Positions 24,466 through 35,500 of a stretch of DNA of 64,000 nt are shown here, in pieces; positions within the stretch are counted from its first letter, which is position 1; each line of letters opens with the position of its first letter. The notes below the pieces were generated by a model that was not told the DNA's origin, searched no databases, and saw nothing but the letters and a program-made list of their open reading frames with translations. Position numbers and translations under genes: made by a program. Origin of the DNA: Selaginella moellendorffii (taxonomy: Eukaryota > Plantae > Lycopodiophyta); contig NW_003314377.1 of assembly GCF_000143415.4 (NCBI RefSeq), forward strand, positions 186,001-250,000, read 5' to 3'.

Positions 24466-26034
24466 CTACACGGATGCCGCGGCTGGTTGCTTGTTAACGA
24501 AATTAATTCCCTTCTCGATGCTGCCCTTGAGCTCTGGAATCAAAGCCTGGAGAGCTTTCTCCTCGTACTCTGTCAGGCCCCGGATGTCCGTGTGGACGAA
24601 TGCCTCCACTCCATCCTTGCCCAGCTTCACTCGCGACGCGAAGAAGGGGAGCTCTTGCATCACCTGGAAAGATCCAAGGAACAAGAGGTTTTAACACCAG
24701 AGTCCCAAAAGTTTCAAATGCTTACATCCGACTTGACGTAAGTGCACTCGTAGACATCAGCGTCGCCGTCAATTGCACGAAGGCAAGACTCCGCAAAGCG
24801 AGCAGCAGCGTAGGCCTAGAACAAAAGAGAGTAAAGCGCTGAAAGACTTAAAAAGAAAAACAAGTACCATCGACAAAGTCGCAGAGCCTGCTCCAGCCTT
24901 TGCCTGTTCGAAACGAAAAACGCGAAAAAATACTCGTCAAATCTCCAAGTGCGGGAAGAAATTCTCAGTTACCTCGACTACTTCTGTGCCAGCGTTTTGA
25001 ATCCTCACTGTCAGCTTCTCGATCTCCTCTTGCGTGAACTCGGTTTTGGGGCGTGTCTTGGACAGCAGCGGAAGAATGGTGATCCCGGCATGTCCACCCA
25101 CGACCGGAACATCCACATCAATGAGCCTCAGAGTCTTCTGCTGAGCTACAAAAGTGTTTGCCCGCACAACGTCGAGAGTCGTCACACCAAAGAGCTTCTT
25201 TGGATCGAACACTCCCTTCTTTTTAAGAACCTCAGCAGCTATGGGCACGGTCGAGTTCACGGGATTGCTGATAATGTTGATCCAAGCCTGCCACAAGGTA
25301 TTCAGTACATTCCATCCTTTTCTAGAGAAAAAAGACGAACCTTGGGTGCGTAATCTGCTGCTGCCTCGACAAGTGTCTTCACAATACCAGCGTTGATGTT
25401 GAAAAGATCGTCTCTCGTCATTCCTGGCTTTCGAGGAACTCCAGCAGGAATGATGATAAGATCTACACCCTTGAGTGACTCCGCGAGCTCCTCAGCTCCA
25501 GTGTAAGGCGTCACCTAGGAAAAAAGTTAGTTTTTTTTCGAAGAGAACGCGCAGAAACCTCGTACCAGTGATGGTGTGTTACAGTGACTCAAATCTGCAG
25601 CCACGCCCTTGACGTTGGCAATATCGTAGAGGTTTAGATGCGAGAGCAGCGGCGACATCTTAAGCAGCAGAGAGAGCGGCTGCCCGATTCCTCCACCAGC
25701 TCCCAGCACGGCCGCCTTGTACGTCGCGGCAGCTCTGGGGCGAACATCGGCGTTCCTGGCAGCGACAGTCACAAGGGGCTTGTGATTCCTCAGCGAAATA
25801 TCGTGCATGTCGCCGCGGAAGAATGCGGCCTGCCGGCATTCTCCACTGGATTTCATGCCGATGAAGCTCTGGAATGCGGGCCTGGCAGGAGACACACAGA
25901 CAACACACAGATCCATCGATTTCGCGAGACGAAGAGCCGAATTACCTGCTGGAAAGGGAAGGAGATCCGCCGGAGTGCTTGGCGCTCACTGGCGCCTGGA
26001 CGAAGCTCGCTGTCGCTGCTGCCGCCGCGGCCAT
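24466..26034 (-). CDS. pdNAD-MDH: Plastid NAD-dependent malate dehydrogenase (multi-exon)
   Basis: Ala/Ser-rich transit peptide from the ATG at 26034; [19 protein letters not shown]...[55 protein letters not shown]. Confidence 0.92.
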
Positions 26035-26265
26035 TGGTCCGAGAACACGAAAGAACGAGCGGCCAAACCCTAAGCCCTGTCCCTCGCACACAACCAAATG
26101 GTTATAACTTTAGTTCACGACATAAGGTCCAAGCATTATTTCAAGGAAATAGCATGGCAAAACAAAGCCAAGGGACGTGGTATATGCTTGGATCAAATTC
26201 TTTGCATTGAGCAGCATAGGACAAATCAACTACAACCAAAGTTTCGCCTGCTATTCTTTTTTCTT

Positions 26266-28138
26266 CTACGCAGCGGCGATGCTTTTCAGGTACGCTTGCC
26301 ACCCAGCGTTTCTATAGTCGCGAGAGGCCAAGGCAGGATTTTTGGCCTTGATAATTCCTCTTCCAACGATGATTATATCACTCTGTCGGTCAGCAATCAC
26401 CTATAACATCCACAGGAAGATTAGCAAATCAAGATACAAAAGAGAAGAAACAAACGAGCAAAGAGAAGAACCGAACGAGCAAAGAGAAGAAACGATCGAG
26501 CAAAGAGAAGAAACGGACGAACAAAACACAAGAAACGAACGAGCAAACAGAAGAAAACCCTTACATTTTCAGGAGTGTTGTACTGCTGGCCAAGATCATC
26601 GCCCCCGGCGCTCATCTGCACTCCGGGAGTCATGTGGATGAATCCGGGATCCGCAGCTTGAGCCCACGCAGCAGGATTTATGGAGATGAATCCCATGACG
26701 AAGTCTGGATTGTCCGCAGCCATTTTTTCTGCTGCTGCTGTGTACTCGCCCTGTGCTAGAGTTCCTTTGGAGCTCATCTCGGCCAGTAGCAGCAAACCCC
26801 GCCCCTTCGCCAGTCCCTATAGCCAACAAAAGACGTAGAGTTTACCATGAATGCTTGAAACTTTTTGGGACTTCTAAACCTTGAGCTTGAGGCCGTCAAT
26901 GATTCCAGGGCCAGGCACTACGTGCGCGTTTGTGATATCCGACCAGTCCACAATCTTAAACGGACCCCTACAAAGAAAAACTCTGCTTTGAGTACAAAAA
27001 CATCTGAAGTAAAAGGATTGTATCTTACCCCTCGTACTGCATACAAACCGTGTTGCCGATATCAGCAAACTTCCGGTCTTCAAAGATCATAAAATCGTGC
27101 TTCTCCGCAATCTGCAAACACACATTTTGTATATCAGAGGCCAAAAGGACACGAGAAAGAAGAAGCAATAGACTCACCGCACGAAGCTTGACTGTGAGCT
27201 CCTCGCTAAAATCCGAGAGCACATCAACGTGCGTCTTGAGCACGCATATCTCGGGCCCGACCTGTATGACCATCACAAACCTTGGATTCAGTGACAAACA
27301 AAAAAAAAGAAAGACAAAACGAACTCACAGCGTCGGCAAGCTTGAGAAGCTCCTCGGACGTCGCGACGTCCGCCGCAACACTCAAGTTAGTCTTCTTCCG
27401 CTCCATGAGCTCCAAGAGTTTCTTCCCAGCAGCATTCTGCGCGAGCACGGCCCTTTCTCCATACGCCAACCTCTTTGGCTTCTTGGCGGCGACAAGAGAA
27501 GAAGCTCCAGGAGGGGTTGAAGGAAGCTCCGCCCTGTTAGATCGAACAAAGCTCTTCACGGACGCCGCCACCTCCTCGCTCACTCTCCCATGCTTCACCA
27601 GAACATCCACCGCGTAGCTCAGAGTGATGGCGGAGTGGAGCCTCAATCCGTGCTTGCGAAGGTTGTCGCCGCCACCCTGCTCTCTATCGATCAACACCAC
27701 CACGTCCGAGACCTTAAGCCCGGCGGCGGTGAGAGGCTCCACGGTCTCGAGCACCGATGCGCCGCTCGTCACTAGATCCTCGATCACCAGGCACGACTGG
27801 CCGCTGGAGAAGAAGCCCTCGATCGCCTTGCGGGTGCCATAGTCCTTGACCTCCTTGCGGCGCATCACCATTGGCACATTGTGCGCGAGGGAGATGCACG
27901 TCGCGATGGGCAGCGCGGTGTAGGGGACGCCGCAGATGAGGTCGAACGGGGCGGCGGGGGCGGCGGCGGCGGACCAGAGCGCGGCGGAGACCTGGCGGAG
28001 CAAATCAGGGTAGGAGACGATCACCCGGAGATCGATGTAGATTGGCGAGATGATGCCACTCTTGAGCTTGAACTCGCCGAATTTCACCGCCTCCGCGTCG
28101 GCGAGCGCAAGGACCAGCGCCGCCGCCTCCTCCCGCAT
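26266..28138 (-). CDS. UMPS: Bifunctional UMP synthase (OPRT + OMP decarboxylase)
   Basis: [41 protein letters not shown]; [47 protein letters not shown]. Confidence 0.96.
26436..26558. repeat. About 21-bp minisatellite (about 5 copies) in the last UMPS intron
   Basis: The unit AACGAGCAAAGAGAAGAA(A/C)CG is repeated in tandem. Confidence 0.85.
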
Positions 28139-28199
28139 TTCTTCCTTCTAAACCCTATACCTCATAGCATCAAACGTCTTGTTCGTAGATTCGCCCATC

Positions 28200-28790
28200 G
28201 GCGTTAGATGATCGTACGCCGGATCACCCGACCTGGACGAGTGCCGCCATCGCGATCGACCACGACACGGCGTTCTTGTCAGTGATCTCCTCGAATGCCG
28301 CCATGGAATCGTCGAAGCTCTGGCAGTGGGCGTACATTCTCACAGCACGGTGGATCGATCCATCTGGTCGCCAGCAATCGCGTAGATTGCCTTCCCAGAT
28401 CCAAGAACTTGGGATCGCAGCACGCCGAGAGCGCAGTGGCGATCGTCGCAGCGTCCGGCAAAACCTGATCGAGCTCCACGAGCTCTTGGAAGAGATCCAG
28501 GCATTGCGGGCATACGCAGCAAGCATGGCATTCAACGCGCTTGCTCTCGATTTTTGCCAGGAATTCCTTCCCCAGCATGCACAAGATCGAAATCGATCGA
28601 TGCGAGGATTCGCTGGTGAAGATCCAATGCCCAGGGCAGCTTCCAGATCCATCCGCCGGAACGCTATCATCGCTTGCACGGATTGCCCATTCCGGGCAAA
28701 TGCCGCGATGAGGATTGTCCAGGACATTGCTATTGGCGATGGGATCGAAGGTCGCTGCTAGAAACCCGGGAATCTCCTCGTCGAGATATG
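28200..28790 (-). pseudogene. PPR remnant
   Basis: SWTILIAAFARNGQSVQAMIAFRRMDLE, NAMLAAYA, MYAHCQSFDDSMAAFEEITDKNAVSW, spread over shifting frames. Confidence 0.8.
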
Positions 28791-28850
28791 GGAGATGCGA
28801 GCCTCGCCAGAATCTTGTCTCTAGGGCGTGGGGCATTTTTTTCTTCTTCA

Positions 28851-29556
28851 TTTTCAGCCCAAAAAGAAGTTAAACATTCTGTCATTTTGCTACTAAATGA
28901 ATAAATGAATATGATAAAATAAGCTCAGGAAAACCCAATTAGTGGATCTGCTCCAAAATGTTTTATGGGATTTTTGTGACACTTTTTGCCTTGCATCCCA
29001 TGTTTGTTGTCTAAGACATACAAGTTACTAAAGTTACTAAGGTAAGAAAATTTGAAAAGAAAAATACTCTCAAAATTAATGAGGATGAGGAGTTATTGGA
29101 CATTGTGGAAGATTATACAATGTATATCATTGTTGTCAAGTTTGTATTCACAAGTGCTCCAAAAGGTTTACAACATTGATGTAAAATTATAACACTAACT
29201 ACCACGCCACCAATAGTTAATGTTGTGATTGGGCAAAACATTGATGTCATAAGCCTGTAGAACACTTGTGAATACAAATTTAGCAACAATGATCAAGAGA
29301 AAAATGTTGATTCCATTGATCACAACGAAAAACTGTTAGACATTATAGAAGATTGCACCATGCACAGAATTTTTTACCTTGGTAACTTTGGTAACCTGTA
29401 TGTTTTAGACAACAAAGATAGAATGCAAGGCGAGAGTGTTGTAGAGATCTTGCAGAACATTTTAGAGCAAGTCCATTAACTGGGTTTTCTTGGGCTTGTT
29501 TCGCCATATTTGCTTAGCGGCATGACAAAATGTTGAACTTCCTTTTAGGCTGAAAA
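28851..29556. mobile_element. Foldback/MITE-like element with about 200-bp degenerate terminal inverted repeats and an inner palindrome
   Basis: 28851-29050 is the reverse complement of 29370-29556 (TTTTCAGCC.AAAA.GAAGTT.AACATT.TGTCAT...). 29126-29200 is the reverse complement of 29213-29294. No coding capacity. Confidence 0.85.
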
Positions 29557-30209
29557 TAAGAGATAAAAGAAAAACAGAAGTTCTATTAATCTATTACAAT
29601 GCAAGTGAAACGAAATAACGTACCAGATCGACTAGGACATCCCACTACCACGACCAACTAAAGCACAATAGGCTGTAATGTTGTTGCTCCAAACCTCCAT
29701 GCAAACCTCCAAACCTTGCATGACTTGGATTGGAACGTGTACAAGAGATCCAGCACCAGGATCCAGCCCTTCCTCAGTTCAGCTCGAAATATTGGCCTAC
29801 TCCTCTTGTTGTGCTGGTTGGAATGCCGGAGCTCCACCCGATGTCGTTCCGCACAGACCAGCCGCTGATCAACACCCTGGTGCTCCCCAAATTCTCCAAG
29901 GTGGCTGCGATTGGAGACAAGGGAGCTCTGCTCGAGGCTAGGATTCCAGCTCAAATCCAGGGTCCTCACGGCAGATTGGTTCTGCGTATCTTCGATCCGA
30001 GAGCAGGAAGCCATCTCGACACGTCTTTTGTTCTCTGTTTGTTCTCTAACTGAGACGAAATGTTCTGGGAATGTGATTCGGGGAAGGAACTCGAGGTCGT
30101 GGCGATCGTCCAGCCAACTCTTCACGGTATCTATATGCTTTTGTGAGTTCTTTTCTTGCATGTCCTTCTGTTCAGGTCCAACGGCTGCTCTTCGAAAACG
30201 TACAGAGCT

Positions 30210-30645
30210 GCATCATGTCGCCAATCTACATCGATCTCCGGGTGATCGTCTCCTACCCTGATTTGCTCCGCCAGGTCTCCGCCGCGCTCTGGTCCCCCGG
30301 TGCCGCGTTCGGAGCCTCTCACCGATCGCTAGAGAGCAAGGTGGCGGCCGCAAGCATGGGTTGAGGCTCCACTCCGTCATCACTCTGAGCTACGCACGAG
30401 AAGGAAGAAACAATAGACTCACCGCACGAAGCTTGACTGTGAGCTCCTCGCTAAAATCCCAAGAGCACACATCAACGCGCGTCTTGAGCACGCATGTCTC
30501 AGGCCCGACCTGTATAAACATCACAAAACTTGGATTCAGTGACAAAGAAAGCAAGAAGGAGAAAACGAACTCACAGCATCGGCAGGTTTGAGAAGCTCCT
30601 CTGACGTCGCGACGTCCGCCATGCGCTCCATGAGCTCCAAGAGTT
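30210..30645. pseudogene. Scrambled UMPS fragments in both orientations
   Basis: The + strand carries [26 protein letters not shown] and HGLRLHS pieces. From about 30395 a copy of 27150-27420 follows in the original orientation. Confidence 0.88.
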
Positions 30646-30689
30646 CATAAGCTAGAGCTGGAGTCGGAGAGCAGGAGGATCACTGTGGT

Positions 30690-31099
30690 GGAGACGTGAT
30701 GAATGTCCGAGGTGTTTACAATCTCTCCAGAGCCTGGGCGACTTTATCTTCAAGGACAACAGAGAAGTCTCGGCTGAAGAACAGATGATTGTTGCTGTCC
30801 CGGAGATCGAGGAGGTAGAAGTTGGCGAAGGGGACGAGTTTCTGATCTTTGCGTCGGATGGGATCTGGCAGCCCCGCGAAAACTCGAGCCTGGAAGTTAT
30901 GCAGTTTGTCAGGAACGACAAGAGAATCCACGAGATAAAGCTCTCGGAAATATGCCTAGATTTTCTAGAGGTTTACATTGCTCGGGAACCTCGCTCGTGT
31001 GGTTACCAAGAATTAGAAGGTGAGTTTTTCATGGAGGTTCTCGACCCTCGGAAAAGCAGTAGCCACGGGACTGATATGGTTGTCGTCCAGATTTCATAA
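30690..31099 (+). pseudogene. Protein phosphatase 2C C-terminal fragment
   Basis: NLSRA-(frameshift)-GDFIFKDN...EEQMIVAVPEI...DEFLIFASDGIW...TDMVVVQI. Confidence 0.8.
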
Positions 31100-31447
31100 G
31101 CTCCTTTCCTGGGGGATCAATTGCTTTTAGCTTGGATTCTGCGGCACTAATTTTCTTTGCTGCTCGTCTCGTTCTTGCTTTCTCGGAACTGTATCCAAGA
31201 GGAACCAAAGTTAAGACAACGCGCAAGAGTAAAAAAGACTCACCGTCGACTCACTTTTTCCAGCTCTGTCAACCTGCTTCACAGTGCACGTCTGTGGCGG
31301 AAACAGGACGAGCTTGAAACTCGACCACCTGGCATAACATCGAAGTCACGCAGTCAGTCCCTGAAAGAAAGAAGTGAAACTTTCTATGCAGAAAGCTTAC
31401 GTGTATTGGCTTGTTCCAGACGAGGAGCGTTTTGAGTGCCACACGAT

Positions 31448-32467
31448 CTACGTAACTTCCACCCCGACCCGGTCACACTCCATCAATGTCCCCGCCTGGT
31501 CACACATTGCTCGTTCTCGCACGTCGGACACCGCCTTGAGATAGCTGTACCTTAGCTCCATTCCATCCCACAGCCGATGGAAGGCAGTGATGCATTCGCC
31601 CCTATCCTTTCTATGGCCGCTCCTGGCACTCAAAGCCTCGCTAACCAATCCCAAGTTTGAGTTCCTGGGATCGCCCCAGTCCCTGGGACTGCCCTCCACC
31701 AGCAGCGGACCCTTCTTGCTACGGCTTGAAACCAGGAAGTTCATAGCGATGTCTTCGCAGTTGATAGCATCATCCACGTACTCCTTGACACCAGCCGGCA
31801 TGGAGCAAGAGTACAAGTAAAGGTTCTCGGTCGCCAAGATCATGAACTTCGTCAGGAGTATCGAGTACCGGATTGAGCTCTTGGTGTAGATCCATGACTT
31901 TGTACCCAGCTGGAAAGAGTGAGACCGCGGGAAGAGGCCCACTATCCTGTCTTGATTCTCGGACCACACTTGGAAAGCGAACTTGAGGCTGGATAGATCC
32001 ACGCTGATATCATCGTCACAAACCAAGACCGCCTGCGTGGAAATCTCCTTCCTTGGAAGAAATCTATTGTTGAGGCTGGAGGAAGGCTGGCGGACGACGT
32101 AAATCGGCGCACCCAAGCTCTCGAGATTGGCGTTGAGCAGCACCTGGTCTGGCGTGGACGTGTTGCCCCAAAGAATGTAGACGGCGTCCACCACAGGCGA
32201 GGCGGAGTACGCCTGTGCGTGCTGCTCCAGGATGTGGATTCTGGCCTCGGAGAAGCCATTCATGAGCACTGTAAGCTGATCGGGGCGAAGATCGATCGAT
32301 TGCGGGTACCTATCTCGTTGGCAAACCCCTGTTTCTCCTGCAAGATCTAGGCGCTTACTTGCTGGAGTGGCGGAAAGGAAGAAGAATGCCGCCAATGCTG
32401 TGAAGATCACGCCAGATCCGAGCAACAGGATGGAGAAGCCCAGGCGCTTTCGCCTCTTTCTTGCCAT
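31448..32467 (-). CDS. Glycosyltransferase family 64 (EXTL/EPC1-like), single exon
   Basis: N-terminal TM anchor; SLNNRFLP, AVLVCDDD, YSILLTK, NCEDIAMNF. Confidence 0.93.
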   Translation of the reverse strand: MARKRRKRLGFSILLLGSGVIFTALAAFFFLSATPASKRLDLAGETGVCQRDRYPQSIDLRPDQLTVLMNGFSEARIHILEQHAQAYSASPVVDAVYILWGNTSTPDQVLLNANLESLGAPIYVVRQPSSSLNNRFLPRKEISTQAVLVCDDDISVDLSSLKFAFQVWSENQDRIVGLFPRSHSFQLGTKSWIYTKSSIRYSILLTKFMILATENLYLYSCSMPAGVKEYVDDAINCEDIAMNFLVSSRSKKGPLLVEGSPRDWGDPRNSNLGLVSEALSARSGHRKDRGECITAFHRLWDGMELRYSYLKAVSDVRERAMCDQAGTLMECDRVGVEVT

Positions 32468-32577
32468 GGAAATGTTTAGGGTTCCTTGATTGAAGGGATT
32501 TTTTGCTCCTTCGAAATTTTCCCGCCCAAAATACTTTCTCGAAAAAAATTCTAGGGTTCTACGGTGGTTTTGGGGCG

Positions 32578-35500
32578 ATGCGAGGGGAGGCGGAGGCGCT
32601 GATCGTGGCGCTCGTCAAGGCGCAGGCGCTTAAGTTCGGTAAGCTCGACAGCCCGATCGACATCGATCTTGGAGTGATTTGCTCGTACCCTGATTTGCTA
32701 CACCGGGTTATCGCTGCGCTATGGTCTGCCGTAGCCGAGCGTGCGACGTTCGATGTCGTTTGCGCTGCGTCACACACGGCCGGGCCGATCGCAGTGTGCT
32801 TCGCACTCGTTTACAGGGTACCAATGGTGATGAGAAGAAGGGAGGTGACGGACTCTAGAGGCATTGATGGTTCCTTTGAGACTGGCCAAACCTGCTTAGT
32901 GATCGATGATCTACTTGCTATCGGGGCTCCGGTGGCCGAAACTGTGGAGCTTCTCAGTGGTGCTGGGCTCAAGGTCTCGGACGTGGTGATCCTGGTCGAT
33001 AGAGAAGAAGGTGGTGCCGAGAATCTACGCAAGAGTGGGCTTAAGGTCCACTCGGCCATCACTTGGAGCGACATAAGGGACGTTCATGGGAGAGTGACTG
33101 CCGACGCTGCTCCACCTGGAGAGGGTTTCGTGAAGACGACTTCGACTCAAGCTGATACATCTGTAACAGAGAAGGCATCGCCTCAAGATACGAACTCGCG
33201 CTTCGTCGACGCAGATATGACTGGATGCGATGATCTCAAAACTCCTGACAATGTTAGTAACTTTTTTTCTTTTCTCTTACGTCGTTAACTGTTTGTCTAA
33301 CTGATGTTCTACAGGTTGTTGGTACAAGTAGAGGTGGCGAAAGGCGTTCTTTTCCCCCTCGTGATGAAGAGGACGATGAACTGTGGATCGTAAGCGAGAA
33401 GTGGAGCACGGGTCGCGAAAGTAAACCAGGGACGGCTGCTAACCAGGTGCAAGTTAACAGTGGCAATTCAAAGAACAAAGCTGTTGGAGCAATTGAAACC
33501 CGCACTCATGAAGCAGATGATTTGACCTTGAAGACTCCGGAATGCAAGCGGTCGTGGTGGCCTCATGGCAAGGGCGCTAGATCGGAAGTCATTGATATCA
33601 GTGATGAGGAGAGTAATGGGGAGACGTCTATACTAGGTGAGAAGCGCAAGCTGCCATTGAGCTTCACACCTCGAGGCCGTCGGGAGACAGTCGCAGTGAA
33701 GGAAGAACCGGGATGGCGTGGTACGGGTGTAAAGAAGAAAGAGCCTCCCGGGAGCTATGCTCAAACAGCTGCCTGGAATGCAGCAACATCGTCTTACGGC
33801 TGGATAGTTGCTCCAAAGATGGAAGAGGTTTTGCCAATGGACAGAAGGTTTGGTAAGCCGGCATCGTCGGGTTCAGAACCGGGATGGCGGGGTACGGGTG
33901 TAAAGAAGGAAGAGCCTCCGGGGAGCTATGCTCAAACAGCTGCCTGGAATGGAGCAACTTCGTCTTACGGCTGGGGAGTTGCTCCAAAGATGGAAGAAGT
34001 TTTGCTGATGGGCAGAAGGTTTTATCAGCCGGCTTCGTCGGGTTCGTCTGTCCATGCAGGCCCAAAGAAGAAGGAAGAACCAGTTCAGAACACGAGCACA
34101 AACACAACTCCAAATCAGCCTGCTCAACCGGTGCCCGTGGTTCGCCGGAATGGTCAAGCCAGCATAGCAACTTCGTCTTGCCGCTGGACAGCTCCTCCAA
34201 ACAAGGAAGAAGTTTTGCCAACTGGTAGAAGGTTTGATCGGCCGTCGTTGTCGGGTTCGCGTGTCCATGCAGGCCCAAAGAAGGAGCCTTCGAGTCAAGC
34301 AACTCCAAAGAAGGAAGAACCAGTTCACAACACGAGCACAAACACAACTCCAAATCAAGCTGCTCAACCGGTGCACGTAGACAAATGTCTTCGCCGGATC
34401 TTGGAGGTACACTTGCACTGACTGCTATTTGGATGTTTACATTTTCTTTTCCCACAGAGAATGATCACTCCTGATACAAACGAAGAGGCCACTCTAGATG
34501 AGGGAATGATGACTATCAATCTTTTGAAACATCAGGTATACTTCAAAATCTTCTATGTTTCACGGGTTTAAAGCGATCTTTGTAGAGAATAGCTTTAGCT
34601 TGGATGGTGAAGAGCGAGGAGCGTGGAAATTGTTCTGGTGGCTTTCTAGCAGATGACCAGGTGAGCCTTTTGTATGTCATATTGGTTGAACAATCTCCTT
34701 GTCGTTGTCTCTAGGGTCTTGGCAAAACAGTGTCTACGATAGCTCTTATTCTCAAAGCTCGGTCGCCAATTCACCTGCTCAATCCGGAAACACAAGCCAT
34801 TAAACCTGAGATTAAACCTGAGATCAAACCTGAGCTTATGCAGAAGCCGGAGCCAAAAAGAAGGGGTGGCACTCTTGTCGTATGCCCGACAAGCGTTTTG
34901 AGACAGTGGTATCATGAGATCGAGGAAAAAGTTACAGCGGCGGCAAGGCTTTCAACACATATTTATCACGGCGGTAACAGGAAGAGGTGTCCCTACGAGT
35001 TAGCCAAATATGACGTTGTGCTAACCACGTACTCAATTGTAACAAATGAGGTGCCTAAGCCAGATGAGGAGATAGAAGCAGATGAGGAAACGTATGCAGA
35101 CTATGGCAGCAGCTGTTCGCAAGCATTTTCAAATAAGAAGACGAAGAAAAGGACCCCGACTCGTGGGGCAGGACCTCTAGCCGAAGTCAAATGGTTTCGA
35201 GTGGTGTTGGACGAGGCACAGACGATAAAAAATGCAAAAACACTAGCAGCGTACGCTTGCTGGGGACTGAAAGCCGACAGACGATGGTGTTTGTCGGGTA
35301 CACCACTTCAGAATACCATCGACGACCTCTTCAGCTACTTTCGATTCTTGCGCTTCGACCCGCTGGATTCATACTCAACCTTCAAGATAAAGGTGAAAGA
35401 ACCAATCTCCCGAGATCCGAGCACAGGATATGCAAAGCTACAGATGATACTCCAGGTGATTATGCTTCGTCGAACAAAAGGCAAGTTCTCAATCTTTTGA

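Noticed and set aside
26436-26558. Regular short repeats as a possible CRISPR array
   Set aside because: Contiguous 21-bp units without unique spacers, inside a plant intron, and no cas genes.
29658-30161. Coding-like ORFs between the foldback element and the UMPS scraps
   Set aside because: No recognisable motif or consistent exon model.
33664-34455. 263-aa repetitive minus-strand ORF
   Set aside because: Antisense to the repeat exon of the OPRT-SNF2 gene.
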